58,881 nt of DNA from Ancylonema sp. (lineage: Eukaryota), in NCBI GenBank assembly GCA_050230475.1, contig JBFLGF010000108.1, forward strand, positions 62,001-120,881, given 5' to 3'. The notes beneath the pieces were generated by a model. The model did not search any database. It saw only the letters and a list, made by a program, of their open reading frames with translations, and was not told the DNA's origin. Each line of letters opens with the position of its first letter. Within the stretch, counting starts at the first letter, position 1. A program made the position numbers and the translations under genes. This document shows, one piece after another, positions 43,424-56,543 of the stretch.

Positions 43424-46211
43424 CGGGTATATTGAGCTTTTTTAGGGTTCTGGTGTTATTAGTTTTTAAAACTCCACACTAATCGAAATAAAAAAACAAA
43501 AAGTGCTAATATCAACTCCATAATTCCATCTACATGAAACAATTTTTGTGTAAAGAATGTCATAAAACGTCTTGAAGCTATGCTTTTTTTAACTTGCTTT
43601 CTTGAAATCCCGAAATTCAGCGCGCCCGGGACAGGCGGGCGGAACCGCCCGCGAGTGGAGGCGGGCGGAAATATGCCCGCCCGCGGGCGGATATATCTAT
43701 GCACTATATAGTAACATTTGATAGGGCGACATTGAGCCAACGTCACTATATCGAAGGAAAGTGAGTTCTGGGTTATTTTGAGAGGTTTTTATTGAATAAG
43801 GTAGGTCATCTATATGGCGTTTGTTCCGATATCCAAGCGCTACAATAAAACCTCTCTGAAGTAATAATGACAGGCTAGGTATAAAATATGAATTCAGACA
43901 GGTTATTAATTTATTATTAATTTATTTTATATTATATTTGGGAGGTTATTAATTTTCACAACGTTCACTTAGACAGGTTCCACTCTATAGTGACATCTCA
44001 TGAATAAAAACTGGGAAAATTTGGTCACTATAACTGGTGTCACTATATCGAGTGGGTTTTTATGTAATGGATTAGAAAAAGGGCAGAAAAATGTCACTAT
44101 GTCGTGATTGTCACTATATCGAGTGTCACTATAACAAAGGTCTACTGTACATTATGTCACTTACATATGTTATGTAAGATGAGTAATATGTTATGTAAGA
44201 TGAGTAACACATAACTTGTACATACGGTAAGTAAAAAGCGGCGGTAAGCTTAAATGGTATGATTAGGACTCCAAATTAGGAGTCAACTCCAATACCGGTA
44301 ATGCTAATTTTCCATGAGCGACTTTATTTTCGGATTACAAATAACAATCGTCGCACTGATCACACTAGTCGCATTAAAATTCGCAATCTCTCAATATTCA
44401 CCATACGTTTCGCTCATGAAATTATCAACATGCCGTACGGGGCACCGTAGATTACTTCTATTTTTCAATACGATCTAACTTACTAATGATTCGTAACATC
44501 GATTTCGGGATGCCGTCAGTTTTAATCAATGATTTCTCGTGATGATTTCAGAATTTGTTGGTAAGAAAAGCAATGATTATAATCAATGACTTTTAAAGAT
44601 AATGCCGGAATGTTTTATATTTAATTTAATTTTATTTCATTTTATTTTATTATTTTTTAAGAAAAAAGAAAAAGAATACTATTCAAATGATTCGCCCCTA
44701 AATGGGTCATTTTTACATATTTAACTTAGTGTTTGACGTCTGAAGTACACGTGGCAAACACTCGTACCACTCGCGATGTCTCGCTCGGCCACGCTTTTTT
44801 CATCATGCAAGGTCGAATTTTGGCGTGTACGGCATGTGATCGTAATCTCCCATATTGAGGGAGTTTAGGGCACTGTAACATGGTTTTAAACGTCGAAAAT
44901 GTCGCTCTTTAAAAAATGGCATTTTTCACGTGTTTGCTTGCCAAGAGTCACACCTAGAATCCCCTAAAATGATTCCTATTATTGTTATAATGGGAATATA
45001 TTCCTAATATATTGTATTTGACTGATTACTTTCGGATTTCATTAGTCACTAAAAAACAAGGTACCCACTCCGGTGTTAAGACGCGGATCATGGCCCGAAA
45101 GACCCTTATAAACAGAAATATTATTTTTTGGATTGCGTATAGTGCGCGAATTAAAGCTAGTTCACATTGAGTGATCCTCTATCGTTGTTTTGCATTTAAC
45201 TTTCACAAATAATCAAATATTTAAGGAAGGCGACATAAATTTAAAAGTCCCAAACAATGTTTTTTTTTGCATAACACAAGACATGGAAAATCTTTACGAA
45301 CAAATTGAATTCACAAAAAAGGGAATGTATTTGTTTTGCCATTGAAAATCCTAAGTGACTTGAAAAAAAAAAAAAAAAAAAAACAATCAATTTTTTCGTG
45401 TCATCAAATTAATGATTGCATTTGAGATCCCCGCATATACATCGATTCTACGGCAAATTGACGTGACCATATATATCATCTATGGCAGAATCCTAAAACA
45501 AAAAACTTGAGTATTTTAACGTGGAGCATCAACAATTTATGTACATAGGTTGTCAATAACTACACTTCATTCGTACACTTGACCTCAATTAAAGTTAGTA
45601 TCCGACATCTTAAATCACATGCTACAAGGTTTTACACAATGGCAATCGTAGCCTCATCAATAATCGGAAGGTTGAAATTAAAATGGTTGACAACCACCCT
45701 TCCATGACTAATCGGGGAAAGCCCGGTGTTACGTCATTGTCAGCGCCTATCTCTTCTTCCAAGGCGAGATCACCGAGCCGCCTATCTTGAAAACAACATC
45801 GAACTTAGATTGATTTGCAACAAGCCCTCTTTCCGTGACACATTCCACCACATTTCGTAGAAGGCCGATGTGTAAAACGAAGTCCATAGTACCAAGCGAA
45901 AAACAAATAATTGGAAAGCCATTCTCATAGGTAAAGAATTGACATTTGAACGCACAAGCACAAATGATTGCGAAGAAGCGATTTTTGTTCTATTGTCCCC
46001 CCCTAATAAAAGCCAACACAAAGTTTTGTTTCTTTATTTGTTTGTTTGTTTTTTTTTTTTTTTTTTTCATTTTTTTTCATTTTTTGTTTTCTAGGGCTTT
46101 CAGATAAGATCTTTCAAAATTAGGCCTACTATATGGTGCTATTGTTTTTTTTTTTTTTTTTTTTTTTTTAATTATTTTTATGGGGCAGTATTTGTCGGCC
46201 TTTCATCAACC

Positions 46212-47015
46212 TAGTGATGCACCGGGCTGGGGCCCATTTTTTGTACGGCACGTTTTCCGGACGGGGCCGAGGGCAATCTGCCGGCCTTGGCAAATGCAAA
46301 CGACGTATGGATTTGCCCACAAACGTCCGGAATACGGCCGTGAAATGCGGCAAACGGGTACGGATTGTACGGATGCAAACGTTTGCGCTTGCAAACGATT
46401 GCGTCCGTACACTCCGTACATGTCCGTACATGTCCGTACTAATGACTCCGGATAATTAAAAAAGCAGGTAGATTCGGTCGTGAATGTGTGCAAAATCTAC
46501 TGACAACAGGGGATTCGGACGGCATCGGGGGATGGGACAGGGTCGTGAACGACGCTCACCCGTCAGATGCGAATAAGAAAACTTAAAGATTATGTCTCAC
46601 ACACGACAAACATAATCTATGATGGAACGAGAGAGGGGCTACGGGCCAAGACACGATAGTGGAACGGAAGACACGACATAATAGGGACGTGCTACATGAC
46701 AAAACGACGGGAACAAGGAAAACACGGGGGAATGTAACGATAATTAACGTGGACACAACAAACTGACGGGGACAAAATAGGGGTACGACAAAATAGAGAG
46801 TCCGCCGGATATAATGGGTTTACTGCTTAGCCGGGAACTCGCCTATCTAGGAATAAAATTTCGGACGTTTGCAAAATGAAAACGTTTGCAAAACGTTTGC
46901 AAAATGCAAACGTTTTGCAAACGTTTGCAACACTTTTGCCGTGCGGACGTATTCCGTACGTCTGCGTTTGCAAAACGGCGTTTGCAGACATTTTTGCCGT
47001 CCCGGTGCATCCCTG
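46212..47015. mobile_element. hAT-type non-autonomous element
   Basis: TIR TAGTGATGCACCGGG versus reverse-complemented CAGGGATGCACCGGG; TSD CATCAACC / CATTAACC; palindromic GCAAACGTTTGC and CCGTAC subterminal motifs. Confidence 0.85.
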
Positions 47016-47385
47016 CATTAACCCTATCTTATATCCATATTTTATCAACAACCATTAGTGAGGAGTTGAGTTGTTAACCTTCCCCATCCTTATCCCCACT
47101 TGACCCTCTCGAGTAGGGTGGGCACCCAAGCGCCAACCGCCAACCGCCAACTGCCCAACCGCCGGTTGGCCAACCGCCATATCACTGGACCGCAGTCCAA
47201 CCGCGATACCGCCACCCAATTGCCCAACCGACCCAACCCGCGGTTGGCACTTGGGTGGCGGTTGGACGGCTGGATTACGGTTTGGCGGTTGGGTGCCGGT
47301 TGGGCGGTTGGGTTGCGGTTGGGCGGTTGGGTGGCGGTTGGAGCGGTTGGGTTGCGGTTGGGCGTCGGGGATAGATATAGATNAT

Positions 47386-49905
47386 GGCTCCAAACGTATC
47401 GACCCACCACTTGAGTTGACTGTGGATTATGGGGAGGTGCAAGAAATTGTGGACACACCTCAGCAAACATTCATCCGACAACAACTGTATGCTCAAATTG
47501 AGGACACAATCAAACGCAAATACATTCCTACGGCTTCAGAGGAAGCAAAGTTTATGGATTTCAACAAACCCATTTCATCTCGCAGCAGTGTCTGTCAAAC
47601 ATTTCTCCGTGCTGCTGGATTTGAAGACACAACCAATCGTGCTCATACCCCTATAGAATCAGATACCCCAACCATTCCATCCTCAACCATTCCAACCACA
47701 CCTACATCACCTCCACATTCTCTACCTGCTCCTGACACCCAGTTCCTTTCAACCATTCCTTTTGATACAGACCTCTCCCGCGCCCACAACACAACATTCG
47801 AACCAGATGAGCTACACGAGCTTAGTCAAGACGAATTGCGCAACCGATACCACGACATGATCTCAGAGAGGCAATAATTCAAAACGAGTGTCTTTTGACA
47901 TGCCAAAAAAGAGGCAGAGGCTACAATTTCGAGCAGAATGGAAAAACTCATCAGGGAGCATAAATATTTACTCCAATGCAAGGATGAGCAAGCAAAACTC
48001 AACGTGGCTGCAGCTCGTGAGGAGGAGACCACGAAATGGACTCACATATATGACCTTCAAGTGGATACACTCAATTCCATTTGGGCAGACAACCTGCAGG
48101 ACCTGGTTGTTCTCCACGAGAGGACACTTTAGGAAGTTCGTCTCGAGGCTGCTCGTCTGGAACAGCGGCTGCAAATGGAAATCGGAAAAAATATCCTACG
48201 CGGAGAGCAGTCAGCACCGATCCCCACCTCTCCACTTACCAGTTATGCACCCTCCACATCCATCAGCCCTGCACCCTCTCCTACAAACACCCCGACCCCT
48301 ACACTGGGTGATACCATGGACACCTCCGAGGTCAGCAGACCTGCTACCGCTGCTGCGCGCAAACGGGAGGCGCATCCTACTCACCCCATTTCCCCGAGTG
48401 AATCACGTCCCGCCAACCGGTAGCGCATGCAGTCGGCATCACCAGCCTCGGCACCACATCGAGTAGAGACCTACCTGATGGTTAGTCGGCGTTCTACACC
48501 TACAACTCCTAGCTCTTCATCCCAGTTACCCACTGCTGAGGACCCGGGGCAATCCATTATCAGGGCGATGGAGATGGAAGTTGTGAAGAACAAGCCACTC
48601 GGTGCCTATGCACACCTACGTCACCCCAGAGACAAAACCGACGTTGCTCAACGACTGGCACGCACAAATACCAGTGTGTCACATTTCACCTTTCGATAAC
48701 CAGTCGTCCGACCGGCTATGGCGTATCTCCTCAACATGGGCGCCATCCCGAAGGCCTTCTCCGGAGCGGATCCCAGCAAATTGGCATATTCCATCTACGC
48801 GCCAGTTATCCTACATTATGGAGACGCTCACTACCATACCCTCAGGCGAAATGGTCAAAATCATCTTCGGGAAGCACACCCCAAGATGGCACATGACTAC
48901 CCACCAACCCAACCTTCCCTCACCTGGGCAGGCCCCACATATCAAGGTGCATACGCACTTCCCCACACCATCATTTCAACGCAGGAAGCTTCTCAGGCTC
49001 GTGGCCTGCACATTTACACCCCCTTCGGCAATCTGGAGATTGTGGAGATCTGTCTCGAGGGCGGCTCCATCGTGGCCCACGTCACGCCGCAGACAGACTA
49101 CATCCACACCAAAAACCGGTATCGTCAGAAGCTGCGCCAACTTCAAATCCGTTTTCCAGACCAGCTGTCGAATTCTGCAATCGAACACTGCAATGAAATC
49201 CTGTCTACCAGCGTCACCGACACGACTCCGGAGCACATGGATGCTCTTTTCCGTCAGAAAGGCCCCTTCGACGTGGTCGGTGGTAACTACCATACGGAAG
49301 TGGGGCGCACCTACAGCCCTCTGCGTGGCGGTCAAGACCATCGTCTCGCTCCACTCCTCGGAGTCATCAAATGGATACATTACAGCGCTCGGCTCGCACA
49401 ATTCTACCCGGTGCACATTTTCTACACCCACATCGGGATACCAGAGTACCCTCTTTGGGTGAAAGACATGTACCACGTGGCGCGTGCATTCCTTGGCAAC
49501 GCTGCAGAGCTCCAACCACTCGAGTTCTAAGGCCACAACCATCACCCAACCCAAGTGTGGACGAGCTGCATTACACCACGCGAGCTGGAACTTGCGCAAC
49601 CCAACACGCAGACCCGGGAACCACTGCAGAATCTCCTTCAACCGGGGCACATTGCACAAATCATGACTCTTCCCGACCTGGTGAATCACAAACTCAATCG
49701 CATGGGCAACCGCCTGGCTATCCTTCCCACATTGAGTCCGTACCTCTGGACTTTCAACTTACGGCAGTCAACCACAACTTACGACCAAACCAGTTGTAGT
49801 CAAAAGTCAATAAAACAATTTAGGACCTTACATGGTATCGAAACCCGGTCCACGACCACGGTCCTCAAATTTTTCTACCAAACCAGTTTCAACAAACCAA
49901 ATTAA
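47386..49905 (+). pseudogene. About 840-codon decayed reading frame of unknown function
   Basis: ORFs 47251, 47938, 48175, 48427, 48718 and 49555 are all in one frame, separated only by stop codons; coiled-coil-like and Pro/Ser/Thr-rich parts; no domain recognised. Confidence 0.6.
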
Positions 49906-51623
49906 GGTCTAAAAACTCAACGGTCAAATTTGATCTGCCTGGTCCACGACATTCTGGTCTCCGGTCCTTACCTGGTCAACATAGTAACACTCGGAATCCG
50001 TGTACAATCATCCCAGACCTCCCGAACATCACTTGGATATCAAACCAACCAAGACGACAATCTCATCCAACATCTAATGTTGCCTCCTACCACACGAGGA
50101 AACACCATAAAAAACAACATGAAGATTTCTCTTTCCTCAACCACACTTTTAAATACCCACCTTCAGAACCACTTACTGTACCACATGTACAACTACGTTT
50201 TTCGTTATCACCATATTCTACCTCCATATCCACACTCTCGGATTCTATCAACATACCCGATAGTTTACCAGAATTGCTGGAAGTACCATCTTCCCCTGAT
50301 TATGAACATACCGTTTATACATATTTGGATGATTATACAATTCCTACCTACAATCAGGGATCTGCACCTGACCCTGACGCATTGTTCGCATTATTAAGCA
50401 CAAGGTTAACCACTACTGAAGATCATGTCTTACCTTCACCTCAAAGTCGTGCCACCCAACCACGGCGTACTTTTCTCATGTTCTTATACCAACTCGACTG
50501 CTGCTATTTCCCATCTCCTTCACAAGCGTTCCACAGCTGGGACGGGGGAGTGAGAACAACCGGACCACCAAGTCCACCAAATATCCTTTTACCACCTACG
50601 AACATCATCGATACCAATCCAGTTGACATCATCGTTACACCACCACGAGCATTACCACATGCAACATTCTGAGGGACACCCTTATCCAATAAAAAAGACT
50701 ATCGTCAAATAAAGCTTTATTTGAAGTCCTCATAAATGTTTAACTGTCTTTCCACTCGAGGGACCACCCTCTGACCACTACCCGTACATGGGTAATATCA
50801 CTCTCTCAACTATACCATGAAACTAACACATAGCATAGTATGGCTTGGTGGTTATGTTTCATAATGTTTAGTGATACACAATTCGGCTGCCGCACTTGCG
50901 CCTATTGCGCCCACTCGCGACTTTACAGCCTTCGTCCACGCGCCACTTGCGCCTTGAAGTTTGGGCTGAAATCTGCTCCACCGGAGCTCTGACTTTGAAA
51001 CGCTGCCACAATAAGACCACTTCATAGTTTGCAGTTTTGTAAAGTTCACAAGACAGCCATAAGAATTATGTATCTCATACCAAAACAAAAACATTGTAAT
51101 CGGATAACAACCGAGAAGACAGCAAAAACAGACTATCAAACAGATGACTGTTCCCTGAACCAGATTCAGCAATCAGCGCGTTTGAACATCAGTTACAAAC
51201 TATTGGTTCATTTTGAGATCAGAAACATGCGCCAGTTCGAAAATTATGTTGTCTACACGCTCTCAAAAGCACATGCATTTTGACTGACCCAACCGTGAGC
51301 GATGTTTATTCGCGTAAGGCTGATCAAAACAGACATCAGGTTTACATTGCTGCCGATTTCTTTTAAACCCGAATTTGGTTTTGCTTCAATCATGATCAGG
51401 GTTTAGAAAACATGTATATTGATACGCTGATCAATTTTAAGCTCAAACGGAGCAGCGAATGTCCCGCCGCATCAACTCGCGTCCACGGACTCGAGGTCGC
51501 CAATCTCTTCGGCGCGATGCGGAGTCGTGGCATTCGAACTTCGTCAAATTGAAGTGAATTGGACCCGATCAGAACTACGCGATATGACACTAGTGAGATC
51601 GTGTTGTCCTACGAGCGTTTTCT

Positions 51624-51635
51624 GCTCTGATACCA
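51624..51635 (-). promoter_or_regulatory. tRNAiMet primer-binding site TGGTATCAGAGC
   Basis: Reverse complement of GCTCTGATACCA, 1 nt after the LTR end ...TTTCA. Confidence 0.85.
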
Positions 51636-51636
51636 T

Positions 51637-52202
51637 TGAAAGGTATCGCCCCGCGGGCAATACACTTGTAATATACATAAGCTAAATATACAAACGACTC
51701 GAACGTTTCGTCACGCTGTGTCCGAGGTCTGCACCAACTAGAAGCTTATTCACACACTGGTAGAAGTAAATGCTTCGCAGCCTCGGCGTGAGTATACTAA
51801 GGCGAGAGTCCTCGGATGAACCGAGCTCAGACTCTAATCAGTTGAGGGCGTGACACCCCTCAGCTGAGAGCAGTTGCCCAAGCTGCTTGACAACTCCCAG
51901 TTGTGTTCGCCAATGCGGGCTCCTAGCCTCGCGTTGACTGTTGACCATACGTCACTGTCAGTTCGTCCGGCACGTAACCGTACGTGTGGACTGGTATTTC
52001 GACCCGTCGAAATGCCGGTTCAATATTCGTACAAGTATTAATTGGCGGCGCAAGCTAGCGCCAGTATTAATAATACTCAAATTAGGGGCGCTAGCCTCGG
52101 GCCGGCGACCCATTATAAGCAACCCGGCTTATAAGCACTATCGACAATTAGCTTAATTGCGGATTATTAGAGATAACGCACAAACGCGCACGCTCCGTTA
52201 CA
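51637..52202 (-). repeat. Gypsy/chromovirus LTR (566 bp)
   Basis: TGTAAC...TTTCA on the minus strand, preceded by PPT-like GGGTAAGGGGC (52213-52203) and followed by a PBS; only one copy in the window. Confidence 0.7.
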
Positions 52203-52338
52203 GCCCCTTACCCGTCGATGTCCGCATCGACATATAAGTTACTTGGAAGTAAATCGTTTCCCCAATAAAAACGCGACTGTACCATCAGGAATCGTCACTG
52301 CGGCACTTGTTCGCTTGACACTAAGCCAACTTCCGTCC

Positions 52339-54150
52339 TTAGCAACCGACAAGCCCTTTTGGCGTGCCAGGTATTCTCGTCATTATCAGCGGGGCTGATT
52401 TTATTATGACTACCACTGGTTCCCAAGTGTTATGTAAAGGTCCATAATCCACCCACTTGGCCAGACACTTTCGTCGATTCCCACGACCGACTTTGAGTTT
52501 TTGAGAATCGAGGAGCTTTTCGATTTTCAGACTCAATATTGGCATCCACGGGCACCGGGGGCGGAACCACCGACCGGCCCGCTACAAACTTGTGCAATGA
52601 ATTCACATGAACGCTGTGAATCCAAGATGCACCAACGGCTCCAATCGGTAAGCACTTCACCAATGCTTTCCAACACCTTAACGAAACACTGAACTTGAGC
52701 CAAGGCGTATTGGGCCAGGGTGTTGATAGAGTGTCTTCGTAGTAGAAAGAAGAACACTACTCCCAACATGAAGAAGCATCCACAACTTTCTTGCGGTTGT
52801 CAACATTATGTTTCTGCCTCGCTTGGGCCTCTTGATGTCACATCCGAGTCTTGTTCAACAGCCTTTCGATATTGGCACCAAACAATTCAGCACAGGGTCC
52901 CTATCTCGTGGCTGCCCCGTGGACTTATCGACAACTCTTTAAATCCAACGGTGTCTTTAGGTGCTGACCACCATCCACCCAGAATCACTGGAATGAAAAA
53001 TGAAAATGAATCAAAAATGAAATCAGAGTCACTGGATGGTTCTTTGCCAAGCGTTGTTGATGGATAACTCCGCCAACGGCAACCAATCCTCCCAATCGGA
53101 CATGTCAACATCGATTAAACACCAAACCACTATCTTTAGTGCGATCATTCCTTTCGGTTTGCCTAAACCTTGGGGATGAAAAGATGTGCTCATCTTTAAC
53201 GTCACTCCCAATCTCGCAAATAACGTTTGCGTTAAGTTAGCCCGATATTTTGGATCACTATCACAAATTACTTCTTTTGATAGGCCATGGAGTCTTACAA
53301 CTCGCTTGATGAAATATCGAGCAAATTTCTTTGCCGTCATCGATTCCTCCACCAGAATTAAATGCCTCATCTTGAAAAATCGATCGACAAACACGAGAAT
53401 GGAATTCTTATGGCGACCCGTGGTTGGAAGAATTTTTATGAAATTCATCGATATCGACGACCAACCTCCTTTCGGAATAGGCAAGGGTTGCACTAACCCT
53501 TGTGGTCTACTATTCAACGTCTTGTTCCGCTGACAAACAAGACAGCCCATGACCAAATTGAATCCATCAACAATGTCGGCTACCAATAAGTGCGCTTGAT
53601 AAAACCACTCGACTTCTTGGCACCAAAATGACCCGCAATTGCACTTGCGTGCCCAAGTTGCATGATTGTGTAACGAGCCGCCGCGGGCACGAAAACACGG
53701 TCATCTTTATACCAAAGGCTATTGGCATAGTATAGGTGCTACACCCCTTTAAGACAGGATGGGGACCCCTCACAATCAGGGGCGTCATTGATCCTTCCAA
53801 GATTGTCTTAGCAACATCCAGTGCTGAATCTCGGAAACCTACGAGGATCTCCGACAAGGTCCGCCTTTGCATCGTGGTGGGTCCGGGAAAGGTGGCCGCC
53901 CCTCCCTCGCGCCCTCGCCGTGGTTCAGATGTCGTGGTGACACTAGGTGGCAAGAGAACCGACCTATCGATCCGACTTAGAGAGTCAGCCAGATTTGTGC
54001 GTGCTGGTTGATAGTCCCACCATGGGAAGAAGAATGAAAGGATGAATGCCGAGGACATGCGCCAGTCGAAGTGGTTCCCCAAGCCGCCGACGGTAGAGTT
54101 GCCTCCTGCTGAGGTACCCTTCGTCCCGGCAGCCAACCCTCCACCCTTTG
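52339..54150 (-). pseudogene. Ty3/Gypsy chromovirus pol remnant (RH end, integrase, chromodomain)
   Basis: TNLADSLSR; CLVCQRNK..PLPIP..WSSISMNFI..VFVDRFFK..VRLHGL..SDPK..STSFHPQ; chromodomain IEKLLD..KWVDYGPLHNTWEP. Confidence 0.88.
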
Positions 54151-56543
54151 GCCCACTACACTTGCACGGATCTGTCTCCGGCGGACGTTGACACGACCTT
54201 CGTCGATCGCACTCACGAGGAGGTTGTAATGGATGAGTTCAACCTTGCCACCCTCACCGATGGGTCTGCTGGAAGACGACGAGGTCGAAGACTTGGACGA
54301 TGTGGGGAGCGGGACAAAGTACAACTGAGAGAAATATTTATGGCGAGCGGGGACAATGCATTGCCTCCATTGACTGTCCGATTACCAGTGATGTAGACAG
54401 GCCAAAATAGATCGAACACATGTGCCTCACAACCAAAGATGAAATGTTCAGTGATTATTAGTGTCGCATTGAACCGGTTGGCTGTCGTTTCTTTTCTCTT
54501 CCTTGTATAAGTTGTACATTATTTCATTTTGTTAAATACGTGTTCGGAGTCCCTATGAGTGGGTGAACGCTTTGTTGCGTCAGTGTATCGTCGTTGCATA
54601 ATGTAATTGCACACCATCTGTTAGGAATTGTTCGGATAGGCGCCTACTTGACTTGATTACCTAGTCCGGAATAATTGCCTAGGTCTTTTGTTGCACGGAG
54701 CCGGGTACACCACACCCAGGCATCCGTCCGCCGTTGCACGTGTCCACAATTGTACGGCGTGTTAGTATCTAGTTGTCGTTAGATATGCCAGAACGACTCT
54801 AGGGCGGTGTCATCAATCCATTGGCTAGAATAATTGGTGTCAGTTGAGTCCGGCAAGTTGCCGTGGATCTTTGATGTGACGCTAGTTTGTGATTGGCCAA
54901 CGGTCGGAGTTCCGACCGTCGGCTATAGAAAAGTGTCCGAGTTAATTTGTCCGTTGTACAATCGTCGGGATACTTTACTCCCGACGATGACACTTTTACA
55001 ATAACTGTTCCGCAAGCAAATCTCCTGTCGTACGGAAAAACATCTTTGCGTTGTAGCCTGATTCTGAGTATCGAGTATTGGCCGACCGAACGCTGAAACC
55101 ATCAACATACCGAGAAGTGCGAAAAGTTCAAGGAACTGTATTCCGGATGCCTCCTATCTTGTACACTTTCAATGACTTGTGATGAGGAATAGTTGTGGAC
55201 CATATGTTCTAGCCAAACACAATTTTGTGCGCAGAAATATTATCACTGTGATGAAAGAGGGAATCAATTCCTCAACATCATATATTTTTAAAGAAAAACG
55301 ATCACTCATGCTAACCTTTTCGTAACGAGCAACATACGAAATGTAATGTGAAACACACCATTGACCATCGTGAATAACCGAGTGTAATCTATAATCGCAC
55401 GATCGTTTGTATCTACCACCAATACATTCATTGTTACAAAACACTCTACGAAGCGTATCCCACAACAAAGCCTTTTTTTTTTCAACCGCCACCCAACCGG
55501 CCCAACCGCCTTCCAACCGTTGGCGGTTGGGCGGTTGGGTGGCGGTTGGGCGGTCGGGTGGCGGTTGGGCGGTCGAGTTGCGGTTGGACGGTTGGGTGGC
55601 GGTTGGACGGTTGGGTGGCGGTGGGGCCGGTTGGGTGGCGGTTGGAGGCAGTTGGCGGTTGGCCAACAGCCAACCGTTGAGATTCTGGCGGTTGGGCCCC
55701 ACCCTACTCTCGAGGGGGAGAGGGGGCCACTGATTTTAGCCCCCCTTCTCCCCCCCGCCGCCCGTTTTCTCCGGAAAGTACACTTTAAATATTTTACGAG
55801 CCATGATTTACTAATTTCGTACGTTTTTTTAACAATTATGCCGTACTAGGCATCGTAAATGGTTTTTACTTATTCATTGAAACCCGAAATAAGTTATATT
55901 AATACCCAAGAGGCAAAACTATTCACCAAAATCAATCGATATTACTTCCACTTTTGGATTTGATTGAATATTGTATGTAGGTTTCCCGAGATTTCCACCC
56001 CGCAAATTCTGCCCCGTTTTCCGTCTCGGGCGGCTCCATCGGCAGAAATTTCCATCCCAGAGCAGAGTCATAGCCAATGAAGGCATGGAGATTATTTTCA
56101 AGTTCTTTGTGAGAGGGAGACTCTGGGCACCCCCCAAAGCGACTGAAGGCAACCCCATCCGACAGCTTGCAATCTCTCCCTTTCAAATAACCAAGTTCAA
56201 AAAATTATAGCTTCGAAACGAGTTGCGTATTGTAGAGAGGCCACTTAGTAAATGTAAGCATTCTATTTTTTATTTTTGTCTCATCGATGTGGAGTTTAAC
56301 AAATGGAGATACTTCGGGTTGTCGGAGGGGGGTGCCATCAGTCGCTTTGGGGGGTGCCCGTAGTCTCTCCCTATTTGTAAAGGGATCAAAGGACCACGTA
56401 GATCATATACATTTTTCAAAAAACAAGACAAGCTCCGACAAGTGTTTTTTTAAACACTTGTAATACGCCTCCCATCTTCATCCGTTTGATATCATTTTGT
56501 GTATCTCACTTTACATTTTTTATTTTTCGTATTTTTTTGGCAT

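Larger units (their letters stand above)
27601..43701. mobile_element. hAT-type MITE (~360 bp of its own sequence) interrupted by the split-repeat retroelement
   Basis: TIRs CATAGATGTACACGCCCG versus reverse-complemented CATAGATATATCCGCCCG; perfect TSD CACTATAT at 27593-27600 and 43702-43709. Confidence 0.85.
25443..44147. mobile_element. Tc1/mariner (pogo/Tigger-like) MITE expanded by nested insertions
   Basis: TA|CAGTAAACCCTTGATATAGT at the left end versus reverse-complemented right end TA|CAGTAGACCTTTGTTATAGT; TA TSD; repeated internal GTCACTATA motifs at ~26587, 43742 and 44020-44135. Confidence 0.75.
47114..55706. mobile_element. hAT-type element containing retroelement fragments (N at 47383)
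   Basis: TIR TAGGGTGGG / CCCACCCTA; perfect TSD CTCTCGAG at 47106-47113 and 55707-55714; CAACCG/CGGTTG subterminal arrays at both ends. Confidence 0.85.

Noticed and set aside
47386..49905. Non-standard genetic code (TAA/TAG read as Gln)
   Set aside because: A TGA also interrupts the frame, long host exons contain no in-frame TAR, and XRN ends in TAG; C>T decay explains the stops.
47055..55849. QPPNR/GWAVG-rich ORFs and CRISPR-like appearance at 47.1-47.4 kb and 55.5-55.7 kb (also 18.7-18.9 kb)
   Set aside because: These are CAACCG subterminal repeats of DNA transposons; there is no repeat-spacer periodicity, no cas gene, and the context is eukaryotic.
56115..56371. About 50-bp imperfect inverted repeat pair
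   Set aside because: No TSD or termini resolved; probably part of a decayed TE, insufficient to call.
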